Part shown: one piece after another, positions 53,877-62,147 of the stretch
Layout: each line of letters begins with the position of its first letter
Numbering within the stretch: position 1 is the stretch's first letter
DNA from: an uncultured virus (IMG/VR IMGVR_UViG_3300002158_000015)
Lineage: Duplodnaviria; Heunggongvirae; Uroviricota; Caudoviricetes
DNA length: 64,000 nt
Strand: one strand, 5' to 3'
Virus record (IMG/VR): IMGVR_UViG_3300002158_000015
Made by a program: the position numbers and the translations under genes
The notes under the pieces: generated by a model
Database searches by the model: none
What the model saw: the letters and a program-made list of their open reading frames with translations, nothing else
What the model was told of the DNA's origin: nothing

Positions 53877-55840
53877 CACGAATACCTGCCGCTGCGCGCC
53901 GCCAATCGCCCGGCGGCGCGGGCGGCGAGCGCCCGGCTTTCGGCGAAGGCTTTCGGGTTCGGCGTCTCGACATGCCAATTGTTGACCACCGTCCGGCCGC
54001 CGCCATATTTGCGCTGCAGGTCTTCCGGCCAGCCGATCTCCTCGCCGTCCATGGCGATCACCGGTCGCTCGCCGGGTTTCAGCCAGCCGCCGCCATGCAG
54101 GCGCGGCGCGCCGACGAACAGCGACGGCGGCACCCGGCGCGTTGGTCCGGGCGCGGCACCGACGGGGCCGCCGCCATGGTAGAGACCGACGCCAAGCGCG
54201 CCCGGAGCGGCCGGGAACATGTTGAGCGCGTTGAGACCGAACAGGTCGCCGAGCATGCCAAGCCCGCCGCCTCGGCCGCCGAACAAGGCCTGGTCGAGCG
54301 CGCGCAGCGAAAAATCGAGGAAACGCTGCGAGACCATCTGGATGACGCCGCCAAGCGCTTCGCCGGCGCTGCCGGCCCGCCAGACCGTCATGCCGAACTG
54401 GTGCATGACGCCTTGCAGCGCGCCGAACTCGTCGGCGAGTTCCGCCGCACTGCCGCCGGCTCCGCCGCGCCGGGCATAGGCCGCACTATTACCGACAAAA
54501 CCGCCGGAGGCGTAGCCGGAAATGCCGGTGCGCATCGCCTCCAGATTGGCGACGCCGATGCGGGCGGTTGAGGCCGCGTCGAAGACGAATTCCCGGCCGT
54601 GCACGAAGCCGGCGACGCGGTCGGCCGGCAGATGGCCGGTATAGCCGCCGGCGGCGAAACCGCCCGCCGGCAATCCGCCCGGCCCAGCCGGGAGCGTCGG
54701 TTGCACCGAAAGACCGGAAATCGAACGCAGCAGCCGCTCATATTCGGCAAGCTGCGCGTTGGCCGCGCCGGCGGCGGTGCCGGAGGCGGCGATCTCGCCG
54801 GAAACGCCCGATATCGGCGCGTTGGCCGCGGCGGCACTGCCGCCGATGTCGCGATATTTCTCGGCCGAGCCGCCCAGCGCTGTCGCGGCCGCCTCGGCAT
54901 CGCCGGTCAGCCCCTTCAACAGATCCTTGGCGCGGGCGAGCTCGGCCTGCAATTTGGCCGCCTGCTCGGTGTCGGCGATCAGCCGCTCGGCGGTCTGGCG
55001 CAAGGGTGAGCCGACCGGCAGTTCCTCGGCCGCCTTGCCGATTTCGTTGCGGAAGGCGATGAGGTCGGCCTTGCCCTCGGCCAGCTGCCGGCGCAGCTTC
55101 AACACCGCCTCACCGACGGCGCCGAAATCCTCGAGGAAGGTTTCGAGCCCGTTCTGCAGCGCCAGCGGGCCGAACAGGTCGCGACCGTTGAAGTCGCCGA
55201 TCGCCAGTTCGACGTCCTTTTCGAGGCGGCCGATGTCCTGCTGCGCCTGGAAGCGCAAAAGCGAGCTGCTCTCGAGACCGTAGGAGGAGGCCCCGCCCCT
55301 CGCCTCGTCATAGGCGCCCTTGATGCGACGGATGAGTTCGGTGTGTTCCTTGAGATCGCGGTTGATGCGCGGCGTGTTGTCGAACACCTCGCGGGCATAG
55401 GAGACGAAAGCTTCGGTGGCGAAACCGAGGCCGGCGGCGACGGCCGCACCGGCAACGCCGCCTGCGAGACCGGCGAGCAGCCCGACCGTTGCGCCCCGGA
55501 AGCGGCCAAGATGGTCGGCGGCGCCGCCGGCCGCCTTGCCGACATCGCCGAGACCGGTTGCTGCGCCCGGCGCCGCGCGCGCAGTGTCACCGAGCCCGGC
55601 GCCGACCTTGTCCAGCGCATCGGCCGCCGGCGGCGCCTTCCTGGCAAGCTTGTCCAGCTCTTCGTTGACCGGCGCCCATTCGATCGGCTTTTTGGTGTCG
55701 CGCGCCGTCACCTTGTCGAGATCGCCGGACGTCTTGGCCGCCTTCTTGCCGAGATCCTCGACGCCGCGCGCCGTCTCGTCGAGCGCCTGGCGGGCACCCT
55801 TGGCATCTCCGTCGATGACGAGCGCCAGCCTCAGCGTCAT
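53876..55840 (-). CDS. Tail tape measure protein (654 aa)
   Basis: Start MTLRLALVIDG; Ala/Gly-rich helical; FAAGGYTG...AGFVHGREFV, YHGGG. Confidence 0.88.
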   Translation of the reverse strand: MTLRLALVIDGDAKGARQALDETARGVEDLGKKAAKTSGDLDKVTARDTKKPIEWAPVNEELDKLARKAPPAADALDKVGAGLGDTARAAPGAATGLGDVGKAAGGAADHLGRFRGATVGLLAGLAGGVAGAAVAAGLGFATEAFVSYAREVFDNTPRINRDLKEHTELIRRIKGAYDEARGGASSYGLESSSLLRFQAQQDIGRLEKDVELAIGDFNGRDLFGPLALQNGLETFLEDFGAVGEAVLKLRRQLAEGKADLIAFRNEIGKAAEELPVGSPLRQTAERLIADTEQAAKLQAELARAKDLLKGLTGDAEAAATALGGSAEKYRDIGGSAAAANAPISGVSGEIAASGTAAGAANAQLAEYERLLRSISGLSVQPTLPAGPGGLPAGGFAAGGYTGHLPADRVAGFVHGREFVFDAASTARIGVANLEAMRTGISGYASGGFVGNSAAYARRGGAGGSAAELADEFGALQGVMHQFGMTVWRAGSAGEALGGVIQMVSQRFLDFSLRALDQALFGGRGGGLGMLGDLFGLNALNMFPAAPGALGVGLYHGGGPVGAAPGPTRRVPPSLFVGAPRLHGGGWLKPGERPVIAMDGEEIGWPEDLQRKYGGGRTVVNNWHVETPNPKAFAESRALAARAAGRLAARSGRYS

Positions 55841-56249
55841 CTCAGCGCCCCGTTGAGCGCATCGCGCGCAGCGGCTTCGAGGGTCTGCAGATCGGCCAGC
55901 AGCTTTCGGTCGAGGTGGATGCCGGCCGCGCCAAAAGCGACGGCGGCACCGGCATAATCGAGGCCGATGAAGACGGCGCGCAGCCTCCCGTCCTCCAGGC
56001 CAAGCGTGGTGCGCCATTGGCTGGCGGCGGCAAGGAAGGCCTCGACCGCCGCTGCATTTTCCGGCCACACGCCGGCAAAACCGCCCGGCCGATGCCCGGC
56101 CAGCCGTTCGGCAAGGGCAAGCAGCTGATCCTGCGGCACGGCGAAGGCGCGCGCGTCATCGAGCGCGGCATGGGATAAATCCTCCAGATCGGTGCGGGCG
56201 CTTGTCTCGACGAGGCCGCCGGCCGCCCAGGCCCGCGCGGCCGCCTTCA
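55837..56249 (-). CDS. Tail assembly chaperone T-part (DUF1799-like), reached by -1 frameshift
   Basis: Frame open from slippery site: KLKAAARAWA...VWPEN...SQWR...GLDY. Confidence 0.75.
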
Positions 56250-56576
56250 GTTTCCCCGGCGGGCTCCGCCGATGGCGCCGAGAAAGGCGGTCAGCAGCGC
56301 CTGGCGGACATGGTTGATGTCGGCGAGGCGCGCGAAGCTCTGCGGGGTCAGCGCCAGCGGCGAACCGTCGTCGTCCTCGACCTCGTCGATGGCGGCAAGG
56401 GCTGCCTCCAAGAGCGCGCGTGCGCCGGCGCCGGTGGTTATGTCGAAACCCTCCAGCTCGGAGATGGTCAGCGCCCGGAACTCGGCGCGGAAGGAACCGA
56501 GCTCAGTCTCGCCATCCGGCGAGCGCACCGCAACCGTCGTCCAGAAACTCGGATTGGCATCGAGGCGAAACATCAA
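56247..56576 (-). CDS. Tail assembly chaperone G-part
   Basis: Between tail tube and TMP; ends RRGN with G GGA AAC slippery heptamer. Confidence 0.85.
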   Translation of the reverse strand: MMFRLDANPSFWTTVAVRSPDGETELGSFRAEFRALTISELEGFDITTGAGARALLEAALAAIDEVEDDDGSPLALTPQSFARLADINHVRQALLTAFLGAIGGARRGN

Positions 56577-56585
56577 ATCCTCCCG

Positions 56586-57518
56586 TCAGGTCAGCGTCAG
56601 CGTCCATTGATCGTTGCCGGCGGTCGTCAGCGGCACCATCGGCAGCACCCATTCCAGGATGTTCTGCTGGTTGGCGAAGCTCGGCCGCTGCAATTGCGCG
56701 CCGGCAACCGCAAGCGTCGCCTTGCGGCCGGCGCTGCGGCCATGCTGCAGGGAAAGCGCTGTCCGCGTCTGACCGGCGGCGGCGGCGAAGGGGTCGAATG
56801 TCGAAAGCGGCACCGCCTCGACCTGGCACGAGATCGCATCAGTGCGGTCGACGACCAGAATGCTCTCGGCGCCGATCAGGAAACGGCCCTGCACGTCGTT
56901 GCCGAGGTCGAGCGAGAAATTGCGCAAGACCAGCGGCACGGCGCCGAGCGTGAAAACAGGCGTATTGAGGCTGGTCGCGATATCGGGCGCCAGGAAGGCG
57001 GTCAGGTCGACGGTGGGCCGCACCCCGGGATCGCTGGGCAGCGAAAACAGGCCGCGGAAATCGAATTCGAAATAAGGAATGCCCTGCGCGTCGATCCGCA
57101 TCACGGCGCTGCCACGGCTGCCCTTTAGCACGAAACGGGTCGGACCGATCCAGAAATGATGGGTGACACTTTCATGGCCGTCGCTGATCGGATTGTAGAC
57201 GACGGATGTGGCGGCCGTGATCGTCTGGCCAACCGCGCAGGCCCTGAGCGAGGTTCCCCAGGCCGGCGGAACACCGACGGTTCCGGACGGCACCATCTCG
57301 ACACGGTATTGCAGCCGCATCGCCAGCTGCGTCGGCACCGTGGCCTGCGGCCCAAGCCAGGGCAATTCATGCTCGCGGCTGATATCCTGCCCTTCCATCG
57401 GCGACAGCACGACATTGGTGGCCAGGATGCCGTCGACCGTACCGGTGGGCGCCGCATCGACGCCATAGACCGTCTCGCGCTTGCACAGCAGGATCTTCGA
57501 TTTCCATTTGATCGGCAT
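56586..57518 (-). CDS. Major tail tube protein
   Basis: K.ETVYGVD N-terminus; beta-rich; position. Confidence 0.82.
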   Translation of the reverse strand: MPIKWKSKILLCKRETVYGVDAAPTGTVDGILATNVVLSPMEGQDISREHELPWLGPQATVPTQLAMRLQYRVEMVPSGTVGVPPAWGTSLRACAVGQTITAATSVVYNPISDGHESVTHHFWIGPTRFVLKGSRGSAVMRIDAQGIPYFEFDFRGLFSLPSDPGVRPTVDLTAFLAPDIATSLNTPVFTLGAVPLVLRNFSLDLGNDVQGRFLIGAESILVVDRTDAISCQVEAVPLSTFDPFAAAAGQTRTALSLQHGRSAGRKATLAVAGAQLQRPSFANQQNILEWVLPMVPLTTAGNDQWTLTLT

Positions 57519-57519
57519 T

Positions 57520-57669
57520 TCAAGCCTCCTTCGACGGCGCCCCGGCTGGCGGCTCGGCCGTGAATTCGACGCGTTTCAGCGAACCGTCCGGCTGGCGCTC
57601 GAAACTGCCACCGGACGACGGCAACGGCGCCGGCAACGCCTTGTCTTCCACCACCGGTTTTTTGCTCAT
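57520..57669 (-). CDS. Small hypothetical protein (not in ORF track)
   Basis: MSKKPVVEDKALPAPLPSSGGSFERQPDGSLKRV...; ATGA coupling. Confidence 0.6.
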   Translation of the reverse strand: MSKKPVVEDKALPAPLPSSGGSFERQPDGSLKRVEFTAEPPAGAPSKEA

Positions 57670-58106
57670 GGCAGCACCCTCAACTGGTTCTGGATGGCGA
57701 AATCGAGCTGGTAGATGACGGTTCCGGCTTCGGCCGACAGCAGCTGACCGCGCCGGAGCGAAAAAACGCCAACCGCCTCTTCCGGTCCCCAGCCGGCGAG
57801 TGCCGCGATCAGCTTCCAGATCAGTTGGTCGACGGTGGCGAGCGAACGGGCACCGGCGATATCGCCGGCCGCGTGGATGACCAGCATGACGGCGAACACC
57901 TCGTCGACCAGTTGCGTGAAAGCGCCGGCCGCTGCGTCGCCCTGATTGCGGGCAACAAGGCCGAGCGGCAGGACGAAGGCATGCCGCGGCGCCTGCGGCA
58001 GACCGCCCTTGCGCACCAGTTCCGACAGTTCGGCGGCGCCCTCGACCCGGCGGGCGAGCTCGGGCACGCGGCTGTCGATGCGGGCAACGAGCTCAGCGAC
58101 CAGCAT
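57666..58106 (-). CDS. Tail terminator protein (Mu gp37-position)
   Basis: Start MLVAELV; AL.GW.P motif. Confidence 0.75.
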   Translation of the reverse strand: MLVAELVARIDSRVPELARRVEGAAELSELVRKGGLPQAPRHAFVLPLGLVARNQGDAAAGAFTQLVDEVFAVMLVIHAAGDIAGARSLATVDQLIWKLIAALAGWGPEEAVGVFSLRRGQLLSAEAGTVIYQLDFAIQNQLRVLP

Positions 58107-58614
58107 CGCCGCCCTCCTCCGCGCCGAGATAGGCGCCGGCGATCGCAGCGATCTCCTTGCCGTCCGCTTCGTCCAGACCGAGGAAAGCACGCCGCGGCAT
58201 TGTCACTGCCTTGACGGCGATAAAACCATTGCCGCCCGGCAGCCGGAAACGCAGCGCGCGCGCCTTCTTCGCCTCGATGCGGCCGCCGGTCTGGTGGATG
58301 GCGGCGTAAAGTACATTGGTGCCGACGGCGACGCCGTCGTCGCTCGCCTCATGGGTGATCGACTGCACCAGGCTGGCGGTATCGGTCAGGGTACGGCCGC
58401 CGAAGAAACGGGCGCGCAGCGATTGCGGCCAGGGATTGCCTTGCGGGTCCTCTTCATCCTCGAAACGCTGCTGGGTCGAGACGACCAACGCGGCGCCGAC
58501 CTCGTCCCACAATTCGCGCGGCCGCTCGGCCCGGACGGCAGCTTGTTTCAGGCTCGAAAGCACGACCTCGTAACCATCGAAGGCAAGCCGCGCGCCCCGC
58601 GCCGCCTCGCTCAG
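58093..58614 (-). CDS. Virion morphogenesis protein (Mu gpG-like)
   Basis: RFEDE.DP.G.PW, L.DT..L..SI, VGTN..YAAIHQ.GG, MPRRAFLG; start uncertain. Confidence 0.85.
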   Translation of the reverse strand: MSEAARGARLAFDGYEVVLSSLKQAAVRAERPRELWDEVGAALVVSTQQRFEDEEDPQGNPWPQSLRARFFGGRTLTDTASLVQSITHEASDDGVAVGTNVLYAAIHQTGGRIEAKKARALRFRLPGGNGFIAVKAVTMPRRAFLGLDEADGKEIAAIAGAYLGAEEGGDAGR

Positions 58615-59042
58615 ATGTAGCCCTTCAGCGTCGCAGCCGAGAGCGGCCGCTCCGGATCGTTGGTGATGACTTCGGCTGCAGCCGAGGCCGGCGGCTCGGC
58701 GCCGGCGACATCGAGGCGGATCAGCCCCGAGGCGATGTCGCGCAGCGTCCTCAACGCGGCATCGTGATCGGCCTTGATCTTTTCGGCGGCGACGCGGCCA
58801 TGCGCGTAATAGATCGAGATGCGCAGGGCGAGATCGGTGACCAGGCGCGGCACCTCGGCCAGCGGCAGCGCGTAACGCAGCTTGAGATGGCCGTCGATCA
58901 GCGCGCCGGCGTCGGCGATCGCCCGGTTGAACAGCGCGACGTCGACAACGGTCGCCGGCACCTCGCCGCGATCGGACAACTCGATCAGCAACCGTTCCGA
59001 ATAGCGGTCCTTCAGCTCGGTTAGCGTGCAATAGGCGGCCAT
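58611..59042 (-). CDS. Mu gp36 / DUF1320 head-tail adaptor
   Basis: YCT..L..RY, AIADA.A.IDG.L..RY.LPL, L..IA.G. Confidence 0.9.
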   Translation of the reverse strand: MAAYCTLTELKDRYSERLLIELSDRGEVPATVVDVALFNRAIADAGALIDGHLKLRYALPLAEVPRLVTDLALRISIYYAHGRVAAEKIKADHDAALRTLRDIASGLIRLDVAGAEPPASAAAEVITNDPERPLSAATLKGYI

Positions 59043-59428
59043 CAGACAAACTCGACAGTGAGCATCGGCTCGGCGAGCAGCGCCTCGACCTGTTCCGGCA
59101 ACCGGAAGGCAGACAGATCGTGCAAGACCGCAACGGCGCTATGCGCCATGCCGGCGCGGCGGAAGCCGTCGATGCGGGAAACAACGCGCAGGCAGGATGG
59201 CGGGGCGTCATGCGCCGCTCGCCAGGCCGCGAGCGCCGCCGCCAGGAGCGGGAAGCGCAGACGGAACGCCTCTTCGGCTGGTTGCGCATCGTCGGGCAAA
59301 GGGGTCCCCGCAGCGACGGCGGGCTGCGGGGCATCCGGGCCGGCAGGCTCCGGGGCCGGCGCGGATGTCTGGATAGGCTGAAGGGGTTCCGCAGCCGGCT
59401 GGGCCGCGGCTTTCGATTTCCTGGTCAT
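59042..59428 (-). CDS. HI1506-like Mu head-region protein
   Basis: GFRRAG..H...L.AEPML.VE. Confidence 0.75.
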   Translation of the reverse strand: MTRKSKAAAQPAAEPLQPIQTSAPAPEPAGPDAPQPAVAAGTPLPDDAQPAEEAFRLRFPLLAAALAAWRAAHDAPPSCLRVVSRIDGFRRAGMAHSAVAVLHDLSAFRLPEQVEALLAEPMLTVEFV

Positions 59429-59452
59429 GAGCGGTCTCCGGGTCGGGAACGG

Positions 59453-60346
59453 TCAGGCCAACCAGGGCACGACCAGCAATTCGGCCGTGCCTTTCCACTG
59501 GTTGGTCTCGCCGCCGGCGCCATAGTCGTTGTTGAGCAATTTGCGCGCCGTGCCTTCCAGCGCCGGCGGCACCACCATCAGGCTTGCCGTAAGGCCGAGC
59601 GGGCGGCCGTAGTCGCCCTTCATCGACGAGACGGCGACACGCGCGGTCTCGTAGCGGGCGGCGTCGAGTGGCTGCCGCGAGCCCCAGCAGAACTGCCAGA
59701 AGCCGAAGCCGACATTGGCGCGCGCGTCGGCGCCATAGACGAATTCCTTGTTCATGAAGACATTGTCGTCGGTGAGCTTGTCCTTGGCCTGGAAGTCGAA
59801 ATCGCGGCGCTTCTGCAGGATGACCGGTTTCAGCGCGCGCGAAGCATCCATGAGGAACCAGGCGGTGCCAGCGCCGCCATCGGTGTTGGCGACCGAGACC
59901 GGCTGGCCTGCCTCGTCGAGCACCGGATGGTCGATGTCGAAATAATACTGGCCGTCATAACACTTCTCGGAGAAGCCGGATTTCAGCAGGCTGAAGACGA
60001 GCTGGTCCCATTTGGCGCCGGTCGACTGACCCATTTCGGTGAACATCGGCGCATAGATGCCGAGATTGTCGGTCTCGATGTCGTCGCGGTCGACGCCGAT
60101 GGTCAGTTCCCACGGCTTTTCGGTGATCGAATAGTCATGCTGCTGCAGGTTCTGCACCGCGCGCGGCCCGATCCATTCGCGCACATTGGGGATCTTGCCG
60201 AGCCAGCCATATTTCTGCGTCTTGGTCGACGACGGCACGCCGGTCGAAATGCGCGAATGCAGGGTCGAGGCCTGGCCGAGGCCGGCCTGGAACGAGGTCT
60301 TGAAGCCGACGCGCAGGCTGTCGAGATTGGCGGCGTTGATGAGCAT
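59453..60346 (-). CDS. Mu-like major head subunit gpT
   Basis: YGWLG..P..REWIG.R, V.RDDIE.D.LG.Y, CYDGQYYFD.DHP, GFGFWQ. Confidence 0.95.
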   Translation of the reverse strand: MLINAANLDSLRVGFKTSFQAGLGQASTLHSRISTGVPSSTKTQKYGWLGKIPNVREWIGPRAVQNLQQHDYSITEKPWELTIGVDRDDIETDNLGIYAPMFTEMGQSTGAKWDQLVFSLLKSGFSEKCYDGQYYFDIDHPVLDEAGQPVSVANTDGGAGTAWFLMDASRALKPVILQKRRDFDFQAKDKLTDDNVFMNKEFVYGADARANVGFGFWQFCWGSRQPLDAARYETARVAVSSMKGDYGRPLGLTASLMVVPPALEGTARKLLNNDYGAGGETNQWKGTAELLVVPWLA

Positions 60347-60392
60347 GGACGTTGATCCTGTTGAAGCGAAAGCCTTTTCGTAGCGCCAACGG

Positions 60393-60827
60393 TCAGGTGA
60401 GATAGGCCTTGGCGAGCGCCTCGTCGAAACGTACCCAGACGCCTAGCTCGTCGACCCCGTCGACGAAGCCGGCGATAGAGCGCGTGTTGGTGGCGCTGGT
60501 CTTGGCCACCGTCTGGTCGTCGACGGCATAGGCCGGTCCGCCGATATCGGCGGCGGAGATGAGGTCGGCGACGGCCGAATTGGCGAAGCGATAGATGCCC
60601 GGCCGGTATTTGACGTCGACCGCACCCGCCGCGCCCGCATTGACTTTCTGCTCCTCGGCGCGACCGACACCGATCAGGCCGAGCGCCGTCTGGCCCTTGG
60701 TGAGATGGCCGGTGACTGCCCGCATGACGATGGCGCCGGCGAAGATGGTGACGCCGGCCGCCATCGGGCCGGAACGGTCGTCGCCGATCATCCTCGGCGT
60801 GTTGCGGTCGGCGGTCAGGGCGGTCAT
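60393..60827 (-). CDS. Capsid cement/decoration protein
   Basis: MTALTADRNT...YAVDDQTVA...GVWV; between protease and capsid. Confidence 0.8.
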   Translation of the reverse strand: MTALTADRNTPRMIGDDRSGPMAAGVTIFAGAIVMRAVTGHLTKGQTALGLIGVGRAEEQKVNAGAAGAVDVKYRPGIYRFANSAVADLISAADIGGPAYAVDDQTVAKTSATNTRSIAGFVDGVDELGVWVRFDEALAKAYLT

Positions 60828-60860
60828 GATTTTGTCTCCGGTGGCGGATGAATGAGGTGG

Positions 60861-61934
60861 CTAGGCCTGGCGTTCGGCCTTCAGCGTGGCGAGATAGTCC
60901 TTCTCGGCGATGCCGAGCAGGCGCGCGGCCTGGCGCTGTTCCGCCTGCAGCGCGATCTCGCCCGCCGGAGCCGGCGGCGGCACGATCTCGCCACCGCCGC
61001 CAAGCACTGGCAGGCCGGCGATCAGTTCGGCTGTGCCGGCGGGATCGGCCATGTGCATGGCGATGTAGCGGTCGCGCAGCGGCTTGACGCCGACGCGACC
61101 GGCCTTGATGGCGCCGTCGACATAGGCTTCGGCTTTCTCGCGTTTTGTCGTCTCCTGCAGGGAATTCAGGCTCTTGGTGACGGTGGCGAGCTCGCTCTGC
61201 AGCGCGGTAAGGGCTTGCTCGCTGTCCTTGCCGCCCTTGCCGGTGGCGAGCGCCTGGGCACCGGTCAGCACGGCGCCGGCATCGATGCCAGCCTGCAGGC
61301 CGAGCGCCACCGCAATCGGATCGAGGGCGGCCTGCAGCGCCGTCAAGGACTTCGCCTTTTCGGCATGCAGCGTGGTGACAGCGGCCAGTGCCGCGTCCTC
61401 GGCCGTAGTGGCAGGCAGGCCGAGCGCGGCGAGCAACTTTTCGAGCAGCGGGTTCATCTCTGTCTCCTGGTGAAGCGTGGTCAGTCCGCGCAGGTTCGGC
61501 CGGTTGACCAGCGAGGCGCGCAGGATGGCGGTGACGGTGCCGTCGGCGGCGTGCTGGATCGCCGGCGAAATGCCGCGATAGGCGCGGCTGGCGACCAGGT
61601 GGCGGCCGTCCTCGGTCCATTCCACCCTGCCCCAGACGCCGTCGGCGCGCGCCTGCAACTCGACGATCCAGCCGCGCGCCGGCGCAGGCTCCCCACGCGG
61701 GGCGGCGAGATCGGTGGCGTGGTTCTCGTCGATCGGCAGCCGCTCGCCGGCGCCAAGGCTCGCAGTCGCCAGGCGGGCGGCGTCAGGCACGCGGTACGGC
61801 CCCCGGCCATCGCCGGTGCGGATCTCGCCGGCTGGAAGAAGATGCACCCAATCAGGCGCGCCCTCAGGCAAGCCGACGGCGGCGCAGAGCGCCACGGCGG
61901 CGATTTCGGCGGAGTGAAGCGAGGAGCGAAGCAT
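60861..61934 (-). CDS. Mu-like prohead protease I with C-terminal scaffold
   Basis: LPIDENH, APARGWI, VEWT, YRGISP, SLVNRPNL; internal AGGAG-ATG at 61457. Confidence 0.92.
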   Translation of the reverse strand: MLRSSLHSAEIAAVALCAAVGLPEGAPDWVHLLPAGEIRTGDGRGPYRVPDAARLATASLGAGERLPIDENHATDLAAPRGEPAPARGWIVELQARADGVWGRVEWTEDGRHLVASRAYRGISPAIQHAADGTVTAILRASLVNRPNLRGLTTLHQETEMNPLLEKLLAALGLPATTAEDAALAAVTTLHAEKAKSLTALQAALDPIAVALGLQAGIDAGAVLTGAQALATGKGGKDSEQALTALQSELATVTKSLNSLQETTKREKAEAYVDGAIKAGRVGVKPLRDRYIAMHMADPAGTAELIAGLPVLGGGGEIVPPPAPAGEIALQAEQRQAARLLGIAEKDYLATLKAERQA

Positions 61935-61966
61935 GGCGGCAGCTTGCCGCCATGGAAAAGCTCAAA

Positions 61967-61990
61967 CCATGCCCGCCGGCGCGGGCGTGG
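61967..61990 (-). promoter_or_regulatory. Inverted repeat upstream of head operon; candidate late-activator site
   Basis: CCATGCCCGC-CGGC-GCGGGCGTGG, about 35-55 bp upstream of protease ATG, at the GC boundary. Confidence 0.45.
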
Positions 61991-62147
61991 CACCAATTCG
62001 CTATTGGTTCTGCAAAGCTTTGCTTCTACCGCTCTTTTTCTACCTGTTGACTATCAGATTCCAACTTTGAATGACGCAGCAACTGACGAAGGTATGTGAT
62101 TGTATCAATGTGCACTCAAGTACAACGAATCACACTCTGCTTCTCTC

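Noticed and set aside
47315..55840. Bona fide gene transfer agent cluster
   Set aside because: Head genes are Mu-type rather than RcGTA-type, and a phage methylase and morons are present
59120..62099. Long alternative ORFs (411, 415, 505 aa) over the head genes
   Set aside because: Arg/Pro-rich or antisense shadow frames of well-supported Mu head genes
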